64,000 nt of DNA from NCBI GenBank assembly GCA_942492745.1, contig OW818637.1, positions 1,086,580 through 1,150,579 on the forward strand. Reading direction: 5' to 3'. Position 1 is the stretch's first letter. Every line of letters starts with the position of its first letter. The notes beneath the pieces are model-generated. The model was not told the origin of the DNA. It did no database searches and was given only the letters and a program-made list of their open reading frames with translations. Below are positions 8,758-18,741 of the stretch, piece by piece. The DNA is from an uncultured beta proteobacterium (GTDB lineage Bacteria > Pseudomonadota > Gammaproteobacteria > Burkholderiales > Gallionellaceae). A program made the position numbers and the translations under genes.

Positions 8758-10638
8758 TTAAGAGGACCTGTTAGGATGAGCATGATAAGTTTTTATATGA
8801 GGCCCAAGAAAAATACGAGCGTATATCCTGATCAATGAAAGTCCCGTTATTACGTAACTCAAGGCAGCGAGAAATACCAGGCCAGCCTGATCTTCATGAA
8901 TATGGGTAAATATTAGCTCTACTCCAATAAATGTTGGAGTCATTGGGAATGCCATTAGGCCTAAACAAGCTAATAGAAAAATAAATGCCAATTTAGGATG
9001 CTCGTAAGAGTGACCTTGAAACTGATCTAAGGTGATTTTGTGTTCGTGAGATTTGAGTTCATTCAGACAAGCGTAGCCTAAGACTCCTGAAATAATTACT
9101 CCACTTAAATACAGAATAATTTCATTGGTACTTATATCGCCATTTAACGATATGGCGAGAGGCCGATATAGATGCATGGTAATTACCAAGACCAAACTTA
9201 GCAGAGCATTTTTTCTTTCTGCAAATGATTTGAGCACCATTAGCAAACCAATAAATGCAAAAGATTCAGGTAAGTATTTGTATACTTCTTTTGGTATTAG
9301 CTGTTCATTGAATAAGCAGATTAAACCAATAAGATATGTTGCAATAAAGAAAATAACAACTTCAATTCCTGAGAAAAAATTTAATTTTCTGCTAGACCAC
9401 TTCAAAGGATTCCAAAAGAAACGATATACGAAGCTATCCAGATTGAACTCTTTGAGACATAACAAATATATTGAATATTCAATTTTTTTGAGAACTGACT
9501 TTCTATCAATATAATGACGTGGAATAAAATTATAAAATTGCTCGCGAATCATATAGCTTACTACCGAAGGCGAAACTAATAGTTGATAGGTTCTTAAAAA
9601 GGCGTTTCCGGTAAAATGTATCAAAGCAAGGCTGTGAAAACCTAAAGCAATTTCAATAAAAATCAGTCCAATTTGTGCAATCGAGGAATAGGCAATTTGC
9701 GTTTTAACGGATGATTGGACTCGTGCAATTCCTGTGGCAACAATGCTGGTAAATAATCCTAAAAATATTACAGTTATTACTATGGAAGTAAGGTGTTCCC
9801 AAAAAGGAAATGTTCTTAATAAAAGAAATGCACCTAAATGAACTGAAAGCGATCCGTAAAAAATTGCACTGGATGGGGTTGGACCTTCCATTGCTCTTGG
9901 AACCCAGGAAGAAAAAGGAAGTTGACCTGATTTTACTGCGGCGGCAAGTAATATCATCAGGGAAATAAGAACACCAAGGAGAGGATGATTTTGAAGATTT
10001 TCGCTAATAAATTGTTTATCAGTTAATTCTGAAAAGTTAATATTTTTACGCCATAAATAATGATTCATCCACATAACAATGAGTAAGCTCATATCGGCAA
10101 TACGAAATACTGTAAAGACCTTGAGCGCATTTTTTACAGGTAAATATCTGTCTCTGTAAAATCCAATCAACAAAAAAGAAGAAAGACCAAGTATCTCCCA
10201 GCCAACAAAAAGGGTTTCAAAATTTCCTGAAAATATTATTATGTTATAACCAATATAAAAGAAAAGAATGATGTTAAAAAATCGTTTGTAACCACTTTCT
10301 CGATGAAGATACCAACGGCAGTATTGTGTTACCAGAAGTGTGAGGGCAGAACCAACAAATAGGTAAACGGCACTGATCTTATCAAAATAGAAAGAAACTA
10401 AAAATTGATACTCCTTTGTTTTAAAAAGGATAATTCCGCTTTTCTCAAGTGTTGGATAATTATAGAGTAGCCATACAATCAAGAATACCCAAGAAATAAT
10501 TAAATGCAAACCCACGGTAAAAAGGACAGTCCGTGAGACAGCATTTTCCATTTTTTCTGGGATAAATAGACTAAAAATAAACCCCAAAAATGGTATGAGT
10601 ATAAAAAATTGAAGCATTGATGAGAGTAGCAAAGTCAT
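8758..10638 (-). CDS. dabB: DabB: NuoL/ND5-like proton-conducting membrane subunit of a DAB inorganic-carbon pump
   Basis: 626-aa polytopic ORF with the NuoL/ND5 core FVGWEILGLSSFLLIGFY ... SGQLPFSSWVPRAMEGPTPSSAIFYGSLSVHLGAFLL. It lies 9 nt downstream of the DUF2309/DabA gene on the same strand. Confidence 0.8.
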   Translation of the reverse strand: MTLLLSSMLQFFILIPFLGFIFSLFIPEKMENAVSRTVLFTVGLHLIISWVFLIVWLLYNYPTLEKSGIILFKTKEYQFLVSFYFDKISAVYLFVGSALTLLVTQYCRWYLHRESGYKRFFNIILFFYIGYNIIIFSGNFETLFVGWEILGLSSFLLIGFYRDRYLPVKNALKVFTVFRIADMSLLIVMWMNHYLWRKNINFSELTDKQFISENLQNHPLLGVLISLMILLAAAVKSGQLPFSSWVPRAMEGPTPSSAIFYGSLSVHLGAFLLLRTFPFWEHLTSIVITVIFLGLFTSIVATGIARVQSSVKTQIAYSSIAQIGLIFIEIALGFHSLALIHFTGNAFLRTYQLLVSPSVVSYMIREQFYNFIPRHYIDRKSVLKKIEYSIYLLCLKEFNLDSFVYRFFWNPLKWSSRKLNFFSGIEVVIFFIATYLIGLICLFNEQLIPKEVYKYLPESFAFIGLLMVLKSFAERKNALLSLVLVITMHLYRPLAISLNGDISTNEIILYLSGVIISGVLGYACLNELKSHEHKITLDQFQGHSYEHPKLAFIFLLACLGLMAFPMTPTFIGVELIFTHIHEDQAGLVFLAALSYVITGLSLIRIYARIFLGPHIKTYHAHPNRSS

Positions 10639-10647
10639 TTTTAAATT

Positions 10648-13182
10648 TTAATTAATTAAGTAGACTGGCAAATTCTCTTTAGTGGCTTCAACTATATGAG
10701 TAGATTCTGCTGCTTTAACTGATTCAATTAAAGTAATAACATCTGATATAGAGCCAAGAGCTCGTGTTAATGGACGGTAAAGAGAGAAGCCGCCGTCTTT
10801 AAATAAAAAAATCTCGCGCGTCTCTGGATTTACCGCAACTAGCCGAACCCACTCATTTATATAAAATTCATAATTTGCTGGTTGCTGATTAATTGCTGCC
10901 AATACGATTTCAGGAAAGTGTTCTACGATAACAAGGAGACGGATAGGATCATGAACTTCAATCATTTGACTTGGGAGGCCAGGTCTTAAGTCGCCATCAC
11001 TGCCGTTAGCAACGCCAATAAGTCCCATAACATTATGTGGAAGTTTTGTTCCTGCGCCCAATTTGTAATTATCAACTCGCGAGAAAAAGTATTCGAGACT
11101 GATTCCTCCCATAACCGGGGCAATAGGTTTCATTACATTAGATAGATATTTTCCTTCAGGATCTATTTTGTAATTGTAAGAATTCATAGACGACCGTCTG
11201 TCCAGATAGATGTCCTTGGATAGATCTCGCCTGCCGACAAAGCAAATTGCGTTGGTTGAATGGTTAAGTTCTTGTCGAGGTTCGAATAATGAAACTGATC
11301 GCCTAAGAATTTCTTCATGAATTTTTTTGGCGCTCAAGTTAGTATCAATTGACACTAACCTTCTCGATCTTTCTTTTGAATTTAAATCCAACGCCTTGAC
11401 GAAAACGGGTGTATTTTTTTTGTGGTTTGTCGAATTCACGGGAGAAAGTAAGTTTTCATCGAAATACGTAATCTCGTCACGCGTAGTATCATGAAGGGCA
11501 CCTAGAAATTGTGTTTCTATTGGAATTACTAGTCCTCTTGAGTTCAGCACTGCTCTAACTTCAGGGTGATTAGCCATAAAACAAAATACTCTTGCATTAA
11601 CTGAACCAGGCCTGCCTCCACAGGCTCCACAGTCATAAGCACAGTAATGCGGATTATTAATACTGGTTGCACCATGTCCGACCACATATACAATTGATGC
11701 AAAATCTTTTACAAGTCCAATGCTTATTAAAATTGTTTCTACTCTTTGAACCATCTCTTCGATTGTAAATCCCACTTGCAAATCGTTTTCCCGATGGTTC
11801 GTATTTTTGTTCTCAATAGTAAGGTTTGAAACCTTATCCATATGTGCAATTGGTGAAGCCATGGCAGGCATCGCGGAAGGCCGGAAAATATTCAGTGCCA
11901 GTTTAAATCCTGACAGTAATCCCAGTGTTTGAGTAATTAGCCAACCTCGAAAAAGAGAATGTGATAATTTAGAGAAATATGCTTCTTTCTTCCTCTTTTT
12001 TTTGGTTTCTGTTTCCTTAATTAAATGTTTTGGTGTAACTGGTGCAGGACAACATTTTGTATAGAATTTTCCATGTTCAGGTTGAAAAAAGAATTCAACG
12101 CCAAAGAATCCAGGTGTTGCAAAAGTTTCACATTCCGAGTCAATTCTTTCAAGGTAACGACGGAACGAAAGCTCCCTATCGTCGATACATGTGAACACTT
12201 GAAAACTTTTGTGGAATGTTACTGTTTCGTCTTTCCTTTTTTGCAATTGAATAGCGGCAAGCACTTGATCATAATAAGACCATTCAAAAGCATCTTGCCA
12301 AATTGAAAGAACTTCATCTAATTCTGTTTTGGGAACTTCATCAAAAAGTTCTACAGGTCTGTTTTTTAAATTGCTGCCAATTGGCAACCAATCTTCTTCA
12401 AATTGGAAATCAAGTGCATCAATCTCGAGTAAGAGTTCAAAAATAATTAAGTCATGAATTGATATTTTTTTTGGGTTCAGCAGAGATTGTGGTTGATTCT
12501 CAATGGCGGATACCATACCTGACCAACCTTGATGAGCAAATTGCTGATCGAATAAATATTGCTTGTAAAGCGATTCGTCACCAACAAGAATTTTTAGCAA
12601 ATCTTCAACTTTACAATTGCCCTTAAGGAGGAGTTCTTTGGCTCTTCTTCTTTTAAAGAAACTTGTAAAACTGTTTTCTTCTATTTCTCTTAAAGAAGAA
12701 AGAAAGCCTTTATGCCCAACGGGGAAACCCCATATTGAAATTCCCTGATCGAGATAACTGCAAAGAATTCTGAAAAGTAATGGATGGACAAACAAATCAA
12801 GATCTATACGATATTGATTTTTCCAATTTAATCTTAGCAAACCGATTCTTGATGCAATAGATGTGTCATATCTCTTACTGAGCACATTTTTCATCCACTC
12901 ATTTGCGTTCTCTAAACCTTTTTTCTCAGCAATAATTCTTTTTAGAATGTCTTCCCGGATACGTTTAGATATATAGAGCGATCTATAATCTTCTAACTCA
13001 AGAGAAACAAAATAACCAAATATTTTGGAAGCATGACGAATGCCATCATAGAATTGAAAATTCTGAAACGCATGCAACGTATTGTGATGGATAAAATCTT
13101 TTAGCGGAGCCTGACTCGGCAAAAAGTGCTTCAATTCATGAAGTGCTTCTTGTTCATTAAAAATAGAATTATTTGAATTCAT
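10648..13182 (-). CDS. dabA: DabA (DUF2309/YbcC family), beta-carbonic-anhydrase-like subunit of a DAB inorganic-carbon pump
   Basis: 844-aa ORF. The N-terminus, LKHFLPSQAPLKDFIHHNTLHAF, is typical of DUF2309. FTCIDDRELSF and VVGHGATSINNPHYCAYDCGACGG provide the Cys/Asp and His/Cys zinc-ligand motifs described for DabA. Confidence 0.85.
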   Translation of the reverse strand: MNSNNSIFNEQEALHELKHFLPSQAPLKDFIHHNTLHAFQNFQFYDGIRHASKIFGYFVSLELEDYRSLYISKRIREDILKRIIAEKKGLENANEWMKNVLSKRYDTSIASRIGLLRLNWKNQYRIDLDLFVHPLLFRILCSYLDQGISIWGFPVGHKGFLSSLREIEENSFTSFFKRRRAKELLLKGNCKVEDLLKILVGDESLYKQYLFDQQFAHQGWSGMVSAIENQPQSLLNPKKISIHDLIIFELLLEIDALDFQFEEDWLPIGSNLKNRPVELFDEVPKTELDEVLSIWQDAFEWSYYDQVLAAIQLQKRKDETVTFHKSFQVFTCIDDRELSFRRYLERIDSECETFATPGFFGVEFFFQPEHGKFYTKCCPAPVTPKHLIKETETKKKRKKEAYFSKLSHSLFRGWLITQTLGLLSGFKLALNIFRPSAMPAMASPIAHMDKVSNLTIENKNTNHRENDLQVGFTIEEMVQRVETILISIGLVKDFASIVYVVGHGATSINNPHYCAYDCGACGGRPGSVNARVFCFMANHPEVRAVLNSRGLVIPIETQFLGALHDTTRDEITYFDENLLSPVNSTNHKKNTPVFVKALDLNSKERSRRLVSIDTNLSAKKIHEEILRRSVSLFEPRQELNHSTNAICFVGRRDLSKDIYLDRRSSMNSYNYKIDPEGKYLSNVMKPIAPVMGGISLEYFFSRVDNYKLGAGTKLPHNVMGLIGVANGSDGDLRPGLPSQMIEVHDPIRLLVIVEHFPEIVLAAINQQPANYEFYINEWVRLVAVNPETREIFLFKDGGFSLYRPLTRALGSISDVITLIESVKAAESTHIVEATKENLPVYLIN

Positions 13183-13435
13183 TTTTGATAAGCTCTATCT
13201 AATGTTATTTTTTCTTTAGGCCGAGTGTGGCAATTTAAAAAATTTCTTATATATAACGTGATTGTCTGTTACTAAAATAATCATTAAATTATTTTTAATT
13301 TTTAAAATGGTATGGGTAATGTATGTTTAGGAAAAAATCTTGTCAAACTGAAGCTTGATATATGTCGGTCAGCAAAATTTGAAGATTTTTTATTCATTTA
13401 TATGTAACTAATTTTAGTTAGCATGATGTTTAAAT

Positions 13436-13942
13436 ATGAGAATAACCAATAAAATGCCTCAAGAAATATTGATTCGCCTTGCTGAAATTCGTGATGTTCA
13501 AGTTATAACTAAATTTAATCGAGCCATGGCTCTCGAAACAGAACAGAAAGAATTAATACCGGAAGTAATATCAAAGGGCGTCGATAAACTTTTAAATAAT
13601 CCCAATCTTGGTTTTTATGTGATTGCAGAACGTGACAATGAAGCTATTGGATCACTAATGGTAACTACGGAATGGAGCGATTGGCGAAATGGTATTTTTT
13701 GGTGGATTCAAAGCGTCTACATTGAGCCAAATGAGCGCCGAAAAGGGATTTATACTGAGCTTTATAATTTTATTCGAGAGTCTGCGAATAATAATCCAAG
13801 TATTTGCGGGTTTCGCCTTTATGTAGAAAAAGAAAATATTCTTGCCCAAAATGCATATGAAGCTCTTGGCATGATGGAAACGGATTACCGAATATACGAA
13901 GAATTAAAACCAGGAACTCGCTTCTGTATGGACGCTATATAG
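13436..13942 (+). CDS. GNAT-family N-acetyltransferase
   Basis: 168-aa ORF. WIQSVYIEPNERRKGIYTELYNFI is the acetyl-CoA-binding Q/RxxGxG/A-like motif A region, and the length is typical of GNAT proteins. Confidence 0.75.
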   Translation: MRITNKMPQEILIRLAEIRDVQVITKFNRAMALETEQKELIPEVISKGVDKLLNNPNLGFYVIAERDNEAIGSLMVTTEWSDWRNGIFWWIQSVYIEPNERRKGIYTELYNFIRESANNNPSICGFRLYVEKENILAQNAYEALGMMETDYRIYEELKPGTRFCMDAI

Positions 13943-14120
13943 AAATCATTCCAGAACCCGCGTTGATTATCAAGCTCGTACAATCTGTTCGATTTGCATC
14001 AACCCCGCCACCGGCAACTCCCCCGCCAGATAAGCCAGTAAATCCCCTAGTCATCGTGCCAACGACACCACTGAACTGATACATCCGCGCCCCTCCCCTT
14101 CGCATGTCCTGTAACTCTAT

Positions 14121-14143
14121 TGCATGCGCACCAATTACATGCA
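14121..14143 (+). promoter_or_regulatory. Dyad TGCATG-N11-CATGCA (contains GCACC-N5-CATGC), candidate NtrC-type enhancer
   Basis: A perfect 6-bp inverted repeat lies about 100 bp upstream of the sigma-54 promoter match. One half matches the NtrC consensus TGCACC-N5-GGTGCA; the other has two mismatches. Confidence 0.25.
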
Positions 14144-14235
14144 CTTTCCGGTAGCGATCGCACTGACATCGTGCAGGCCAAGTTTAATTAATATCATTAA
14201 ATATGTAATTTATTGATTTAATTTTAAAAAAATTA

Positions 14236-14250
14236 TGGCATCAATATTGC
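14236..14250 (+). promoter_or_regulatory. Sigma-54 (-24/-12) promoter candidate for cobA-nirBD-nirC
   Basis: TGGCATcaataTTGC has the exact GG-N10-GC spacing of the TGGCAC-N5-TTGC consensus. It is about 108 nt upstream of the cobA ATG, and ntrBC is encoded just downstream of the operon. Confidence 0.45.
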
Positions 14251-14357
14251 TCATAACTAATCATCTAACCAATGAGTTGATTTAAATTTTGATTTGTGGG
14301 TACAGCGGGATGTTTTCTCTATATGCCGACAATATCCGTCTAGGAATGGGAATAAAT

Positions 14358-15110
14358 ATGAAAAATGCACAAGTATATTTGATAGGTGCAGGACCAGGCA
14401 GTTTGGAACTGCTGACTCTTGGTGCAGTGCGCTCCATCGGACTGGCGGATGCCATTCTGATTGATGATTTAGTGAATCCTGATGTTCTGGGATTTGCCAA
14501 AGACTGCGCGCAGATTATTCACGTGGGCAAACGCGGGGGATGTAACTCTACGCCACAAAAATTCATCCATAAGCAAATGATTTCACTGGCGCGTGCAGGC
14601 AAGGTGGTAGCACGCATCAAGGGCGGTGATCCGTTTATGTTCGGGCGCGGAGGTGAGGAACTACAAGCTTTGCGGCAAGCCGGTATTTCGGTATCCGTTA
14701 TTAGTGGCATTACCTCCGGCATGGCAGTTACGGCTGCTTTGAACATTCCGCTAACGCATAGAGACTGCACGCATGGCGTAACGTTTGTCACGGGCCATAC
14801 GCAAGGAACAGAGGAACCGAACTGGCAGGCATTGGCGGCGACAGGCACTACTCTGGTCATATATATGGGTATGTCCAATTTAGGGCACATCATGCAGCGA
14901 TTGATAGCAAATGGGTTATCGACAGATATGCCTGCAGCCGCAATCCAGAACGGAACGCTGCCTAATCAGCAGCAGGTAGTGACTACGCTAGGGCAACTTG
15001 AATCCTTGGTGGTTGCCGAAAAAATGGCTAGCCCGGCGATCATAGTTATTGGCGAAGTAGTGCGATTTGCCGAAATGGCGGAACACGTTTCGCAGCGATT
15101 GGCCGCATAA
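14358..15110 (+). CDS. cobA: Uroporphyrinogen-III C-methyltransferase (siroheme branch)
   Basis: VYLIGAGPGSLELLTLGA, RIKGGDPFMFGRGGEE and VISGITS are SUMT motifs. I chose the MKNAQ start at 14358. The gene precedes the siroheme-dependent nirB. Confidence 0.85.
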   Translation: MKNAQVYLIGAGPGSLELLTLGAVRSIGLADAILIDDLVNPDVLGFAKDCAQIIHVGKRGGCNSTPQKFIHKQMISLARAGKVVARIKGGDPFMFGRGGEELQALRQAGISVSVISGITSGMAVTAALNIPLTHRDCTHGVTFVTGHTQGTEEPNWQALAATGTTLVIYMGMSNLGHIMQRLIANGLSTDMPAAAIQNGTLPNQQQVVTTLGQLESLVVAEKMASPAIIVIGEVVRFAEMAEHVSQRLAA

Positions 15111-15135
15111 CAATTTTGTAATCAGGAGCGATGTC

Positions 15136-17559
15136 ATGAAAAAAATGAAGCTGGTCATGGTGGGTAACGGAATGGCGGGCGTGCGAACTCTGGAAGAGTT
15201 ATTGAAACTGACTCCCGATTTGTATGACATTACCGTATTTGGTGCCGAACCCTATCCTAATTACAACCGCATCATGTTGTCACCGGTATTGGCGGGCGAA
15301 CAAGGCATCCAGGACATTATCCTGAACGACATTGACTGGTATAAGCAAAACAATATCACCTTGCATCTGAACAAGAAGGTCGTGCGTATCGCCCGAAAAA
15401 GCAAGGTGGTGGTGGCTGAAGATGGCACAGAAGCCGAATACGACAGACTGTTGCTGGCGACCGGCTCTAGTTCCTTCATTCTGCCGGTTCCCGGCAAGGA
15501 ATTGGCCGGTGTGATTGGCTACCGCGACATCCAGGACACCAACGCGATGATAGCCGCAGCTGAAAAATATAAACACGCGGTGGTCATCGGCGGCGGCCTG
15601 CTCGGGCTGGAAGCCGCCAATGGCTTGGCGCTTAGAGGTATGGATGTCACCGTTGTGCATATCATGCCATGGCTGATGGAACGCCAACTGGATGATAATT
15701 CAGCAAAAATGCTGCAATCCGCTTTGGAAGCCAAGGGGTTGAAATTCATCTTGGAGCAGCAGACTCAAGAGTTAGTAGACGATGGACATGGCCGCGTAAA
15801 GTCGATTCGCTTCAAGGATGGCAGTGAGATTCCTGCCGACCTGGTGGTGATGGCAGTTGGCATCCGCCCGAATGTTGCGCTGGCAGAATCAGCCGGGGTT
15901 TACTGTAATCGCGGCATTGTGGTGAGCGATACCATGCAAACCTATGACCCCAGTATCTACGCGGTGGGTGAGTGCGTTTCACATCGCGGCATCGCTTACG
16001 GTTTGGTCGCCCCGCTATTCGATATGGCCAAGGTCTGCGCCAATCATCTGGCGCGCATGGGAATCGCATACTACCAAGGCTCGGTTACCTCCACCAAGCT
16101 CAAAGTCACCGGAGTAGATTTGTTTTCGGCCGGTAATTTTACTGGCGGCAAAGAAACGAATGAGATCGTAATGCACGATGTCACCAGCGGGAGATACAAA
16201 AAACTGGTACTGAACAATAATACGCTCATCGGCGCAGTGATGTATGGCGATACCAAGGATAGCTCGTGGTATTTCCAGATGATACGTGATGGTAAAAATG
16301 TCGCCGAAATCCGTGACCAATTAATATTCGGCCAATCCCATATAGGCAATGCCGGCTCTCAAGGACAAAACCTTGCGGCCACGATGACAAACGCGATGGA
16401 AGTCTGCGGTTGCAATGGAGTATGCAAAGGTACTATCGTCAAGGCAATCAAGGAACAAGGGCTGTTCACGCTGGAGGATGTACGCAAGCACACCAAGGCT
16501 TCTGCTTCCTGTGGTTCATGTACCGGTCTGGTCGAACAAATTCTCGCTTCCACTGTCGGGGGGGCTTATGCGCCGCAAGCTACGACCGTGAAGCCTTTAT
16601 GTGACTGCTCTTCTCACAGTCATGAAGAAGTGCGCAAAGCAATCCGCGAGGAAAGGTTGATTTCGATCTCGCAAGCCATGATATTCCTTAACTGGAACAC
16701 CACAAATGGATGTGCCAAGTGCAGGCCGGCATTGAACTATTACCTGCTATGCGCCTGGCCGCATGAAGCAAAAGACGATCCACAATCACGCTACATCAAT
16801 GAGCGCGCCAACGCCAACATACAAAAGGACGGCACATTTTCGGTAGTGCCGCGCATGTACGGCGGCATCACCACTCCACAGCAATTGCGCCGCATCGCTG
16901 ATGTAGCAGAAAAATACAACGTCCCGACGGTTAAGGTGACTGGGGGACAACGCATCGATTTACTCGGCGTAAAAAAAACAGACTTGCCGAAAATGTGGGC
17001 AGATCTGGACATGCCCTCAGGCTACGCCTATGCAAAAGCCTTGCGCACGGTCAAAACCTGTGTGGGCAGCGAGTGGTGCCGTTTCGGTGTGCAAGACTCG
17101 ACGCAGATGGGTATCGACATCGAGCGCGCGTTTGACCATATGTGGATGCCGCACAAATTCAAGGTTGCCGTGTCCGGCTGTCCGCGTAACTGTGCGGAAT
17201 CAGGCATCAAAGATGTAGGCATAATCGGCGTGGAATCAGGTTGGGAAATCTATGTAGCGGGTAACGGCGGTATCAAGACCGTGGTCGCGCAATTCCTGGT
17301 GAAGGTAAAGACTCACGATGAAGTGATGGAGTACACCGGCGCATTCGCCCAGCTTTATCGCGAAGAAGCACATTACCTGGACCGCACAGTACATTACGTC
17401 GAACGGGTTGGTCTGGACCATGTCAAGAAACACGTGGTAGAAAATGCAGCCAATCGCAAAGCTTTATACGCAAGATTGCTATATGCGCTGCAGGGTGCAA
17501 CAAACCCATGGGCCAAAGAAAACATCAATGCGCGTGAATTCGAATCGCTGGCAATTTAA
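15136..17559 (+). CDS. nirB: Assimilatory NAD(P)H nitrite reductase, large subunit
   Basis: It has the FAD/NAD fold KLVMVGNGMAGVRT, the BFD-like [2Fe-2S] region CGCNGVCKG...CGSCTG, and the siroheme/4Fe-4S region TCVGSEWCRFG ... SGCPRNCAE. I chose the start at 15136. Confidence 0.95.
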   Translation: MKKMKLVMVGNGMAGVRTLEELLKLTPDLYDITVFGAEPYPNYNRIMLSPVLAGEQGIQDIILNDIDWYKQNNITLHLNKKVVRIARKSKVVVAEDGTEAEYDRLLLATGSSSFILPVPGKELAGVIGYRDIQDTNAMIAAAEKYKHAVVIGGGLLGLEAANGLALRGMDVTVVHIMPWLMERQLDDNSAKMLQSALEAKGLKFILEQQTQELVDDGHGRVKSIRFKDGSEIPADLVVMAVGIRPNVALAESAGVYCNRGIVVSDTMQTYDPSIYAVGECVSHRGIAYGLVAPLFDMAKVCANHLARMGIAYYQGSVTSTKLKVTGVDLFSAGNFTGGKETNEIVMHDVTSGRYKKLVLNNNTLIGAVMYGDTKDSSWYFQMIRDGKNVAEIRDQLIFGQSHIGNAGSQGQNLAATMTNAMEVCGCNGVCKGTIVKAIKEQGLFTLEDVRKHTKASASCGSCTGLVEQILASTVGGAYAPQATTVKPLCDCSSHSHEEVRKAIREERLISISQAMIFLNWNTTNGCAKCRPALNYYLLCAWPHEAKDDPQSRYINERANANIQKDGTFSVVPRMYGGITTPQQLRRIADVAEKYNVPTVKVTGGQRIDLLGVKKTDLPKMWADLDMPSGYAYAKALRTVKTCVGSEWCRFGVQDSTQMGIDIERAFDHMWMPHKFKVAVSGCPRNCAESGIKDVGIIGVESGWEIYVAGNGGIKTVVAQFLVKVKTHDEVMEYTGAFAQLYREEAHYLDRTVHYVERVGLDHVKKHVVENAANRKALYARLLYALQGATNPWAKENINAREFESLAI

Positions 17560-17572
17560 AAAGGGGCAAATC

Positions 17573-17884
17573 ATGAACACTTGGCATGAAGTCACAACTT
17601 TAGAAGAAATACCACCTCTGGGCGCACGCGTAGTTACGACAAAACAGGGGGACATCGCACTGTTCCGCACTGCGGAGGGAGAGGTATTTGCGTTGCTCGA
17701 TAGGTGCCCGCATAAGGGCGGCCATCTGTCACAAGGCATCGTATTCGGGAAGAAAGTAGCTTGCCCGCTGCATGGCTGGAATATCTGCCTGGATGACGGT
17801 AAAGCAGTGGCGCCAGACGTGGGGTGCACGCGCTCTTATCCGGTCAAGGTAGAAAATGATGTGGTGTATTTATCGCTTGCATAA
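17573..17884 (+). CDS. nirD: Nitrite reductase small subunit (Rieske-like)
   Basis: 103 aa from MNTWHEV. CPHKGGHLSQG...CPLHGW is a Rieske-type motif. It lies immediately after nirB. Confidence 0.9.
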   Translation: MNTWHEVTTLEEIPPLGARVVTTKQGDIALFRTAEGEVFALLDRCPHKGGHLSQGIVFGKKVACPLHGWNICLDDGKAVAPDVGCTRSYPVKVENDVVYLSLA

Positions 17885-17925
17885 AGTTACAGAATTATCC
17901 GAAGGTTAATTTCATAACGTTAAAG

Positions 17926-18741
17926 GTGATGCAAATGGATTACGTGCAACCTATCAAGTTAATAGAGCAACTTGTTGTTGTTGGCGAAAAAAAAGCATCT
18001 CTTGGTGTTCAGGATATGCTGCTTCGAGGTTTTCTTTCCGGGGTGCTGCTGGGTTTTGCGACTGCACTTGCGTTCAGGGTATCTGATGGATTTACGGGGG
18101 GCGCTGCTGCACTGGTAATGGGGATCATTTTCCCCGTAGGCTTCGTGATGATCGTACTGCTCGGATTGGAATTGGTCACAGGTAGCTTTGCGCTGTTACC
18201 GATGAGTGTCGCTGATGGAAAAATAAGTGGCAGCGAAATGTTACGGAATTGGTGCTGGGTTTTTCTAGGGAACTTGCTGGGCAGCCTGTTTTTTGGCGGG
18301 TTGCTGGCATTGGCACTTACTGGAACTTCGCCTGCCCCGGGTGGCCGATTAGCAGAAAAAATTATTGCAGTTGCTCAGGCTAAAACGCTTGCTTACCAGC
18401 ATACAGGTTCAATTGGCTGGCTCGCTGCCTTTATCAATGGCATCCTCTGCAACTGGATGGTGACTTTAGGCGTAGTGTTGGGTTTGATCTCCACTTCAAC
18501 TATTGGAAAAATCATCGCTCCCTGGCTACCAATCATGACATTTTTTGCACTTGGATTTGAGCACTGTGTCGTCAATATGTTCGTAATACCTACCGCGATG
18601 CTATTGGGTGCCGACATCAGTGTTTATCAATGGTGGTTCTGGAATCAAGTTCCGGTCACGCTGGGCAACTTGATTGGAGGTTCGATTTTTACCGGCATGC
18701 TCTTGTATGCCACTTATGGCAGAATGAATAAACATGCTTAA
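17926..18741 (+). CDS. nirC: Formate/nitrite transporter family protein (nitrite channel)
   Basis: 271-aa six-TM ORF. GLELVTGSF and FEHCVVNMF are FNT signature regions. It sits in the nir operon. Confidence 0.85.
   Translation: MMQMDYVQPIKLIEQLVVVGEKKASLGVQDMLLRGFLSGVLLGFATALAFRVSDGFTGGAAALVMGIIFPVGFVMIVLLGLELVTGSFALLPMSVADGKISGSEMLRNWCWVFLGNLLGSLFFGGLLALALTGTSPAPGGRLAEKIIAVAQAKTLAYQHTGSIGWLAAFINGILCNWMVTLGVVLGLISTSTIGKIIAPWLPIMTFFALGFEHCVVNMFVIPTAMLLGADISVYQWWFWNQVPVTLGNLIGGSIFTGMLLYATYGRMNKHA

Noticed and set aside
13935-14144. 69-aa Gly-rich minus-strand ORF in a short GC-rich patch between the GNAT gene and cobA.
   Set aside because: It may be a remnant of something foreign, but it has no start context, no motif and no partner. 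The evidence is insufficient.
15261-17433. Multiple minus-strand ORFs (up to 135 aa) inside nirB. Analogous ORFs lie inside ntrC (20313-20807), rhs (23844-24353), the OYE gene (33324-33812), dinG (58080-58541) and the radical-SAM gene (62703-63206).
   Set aside because: All are antisense or out of frame to strongly supported genes and lack any family resemblance.
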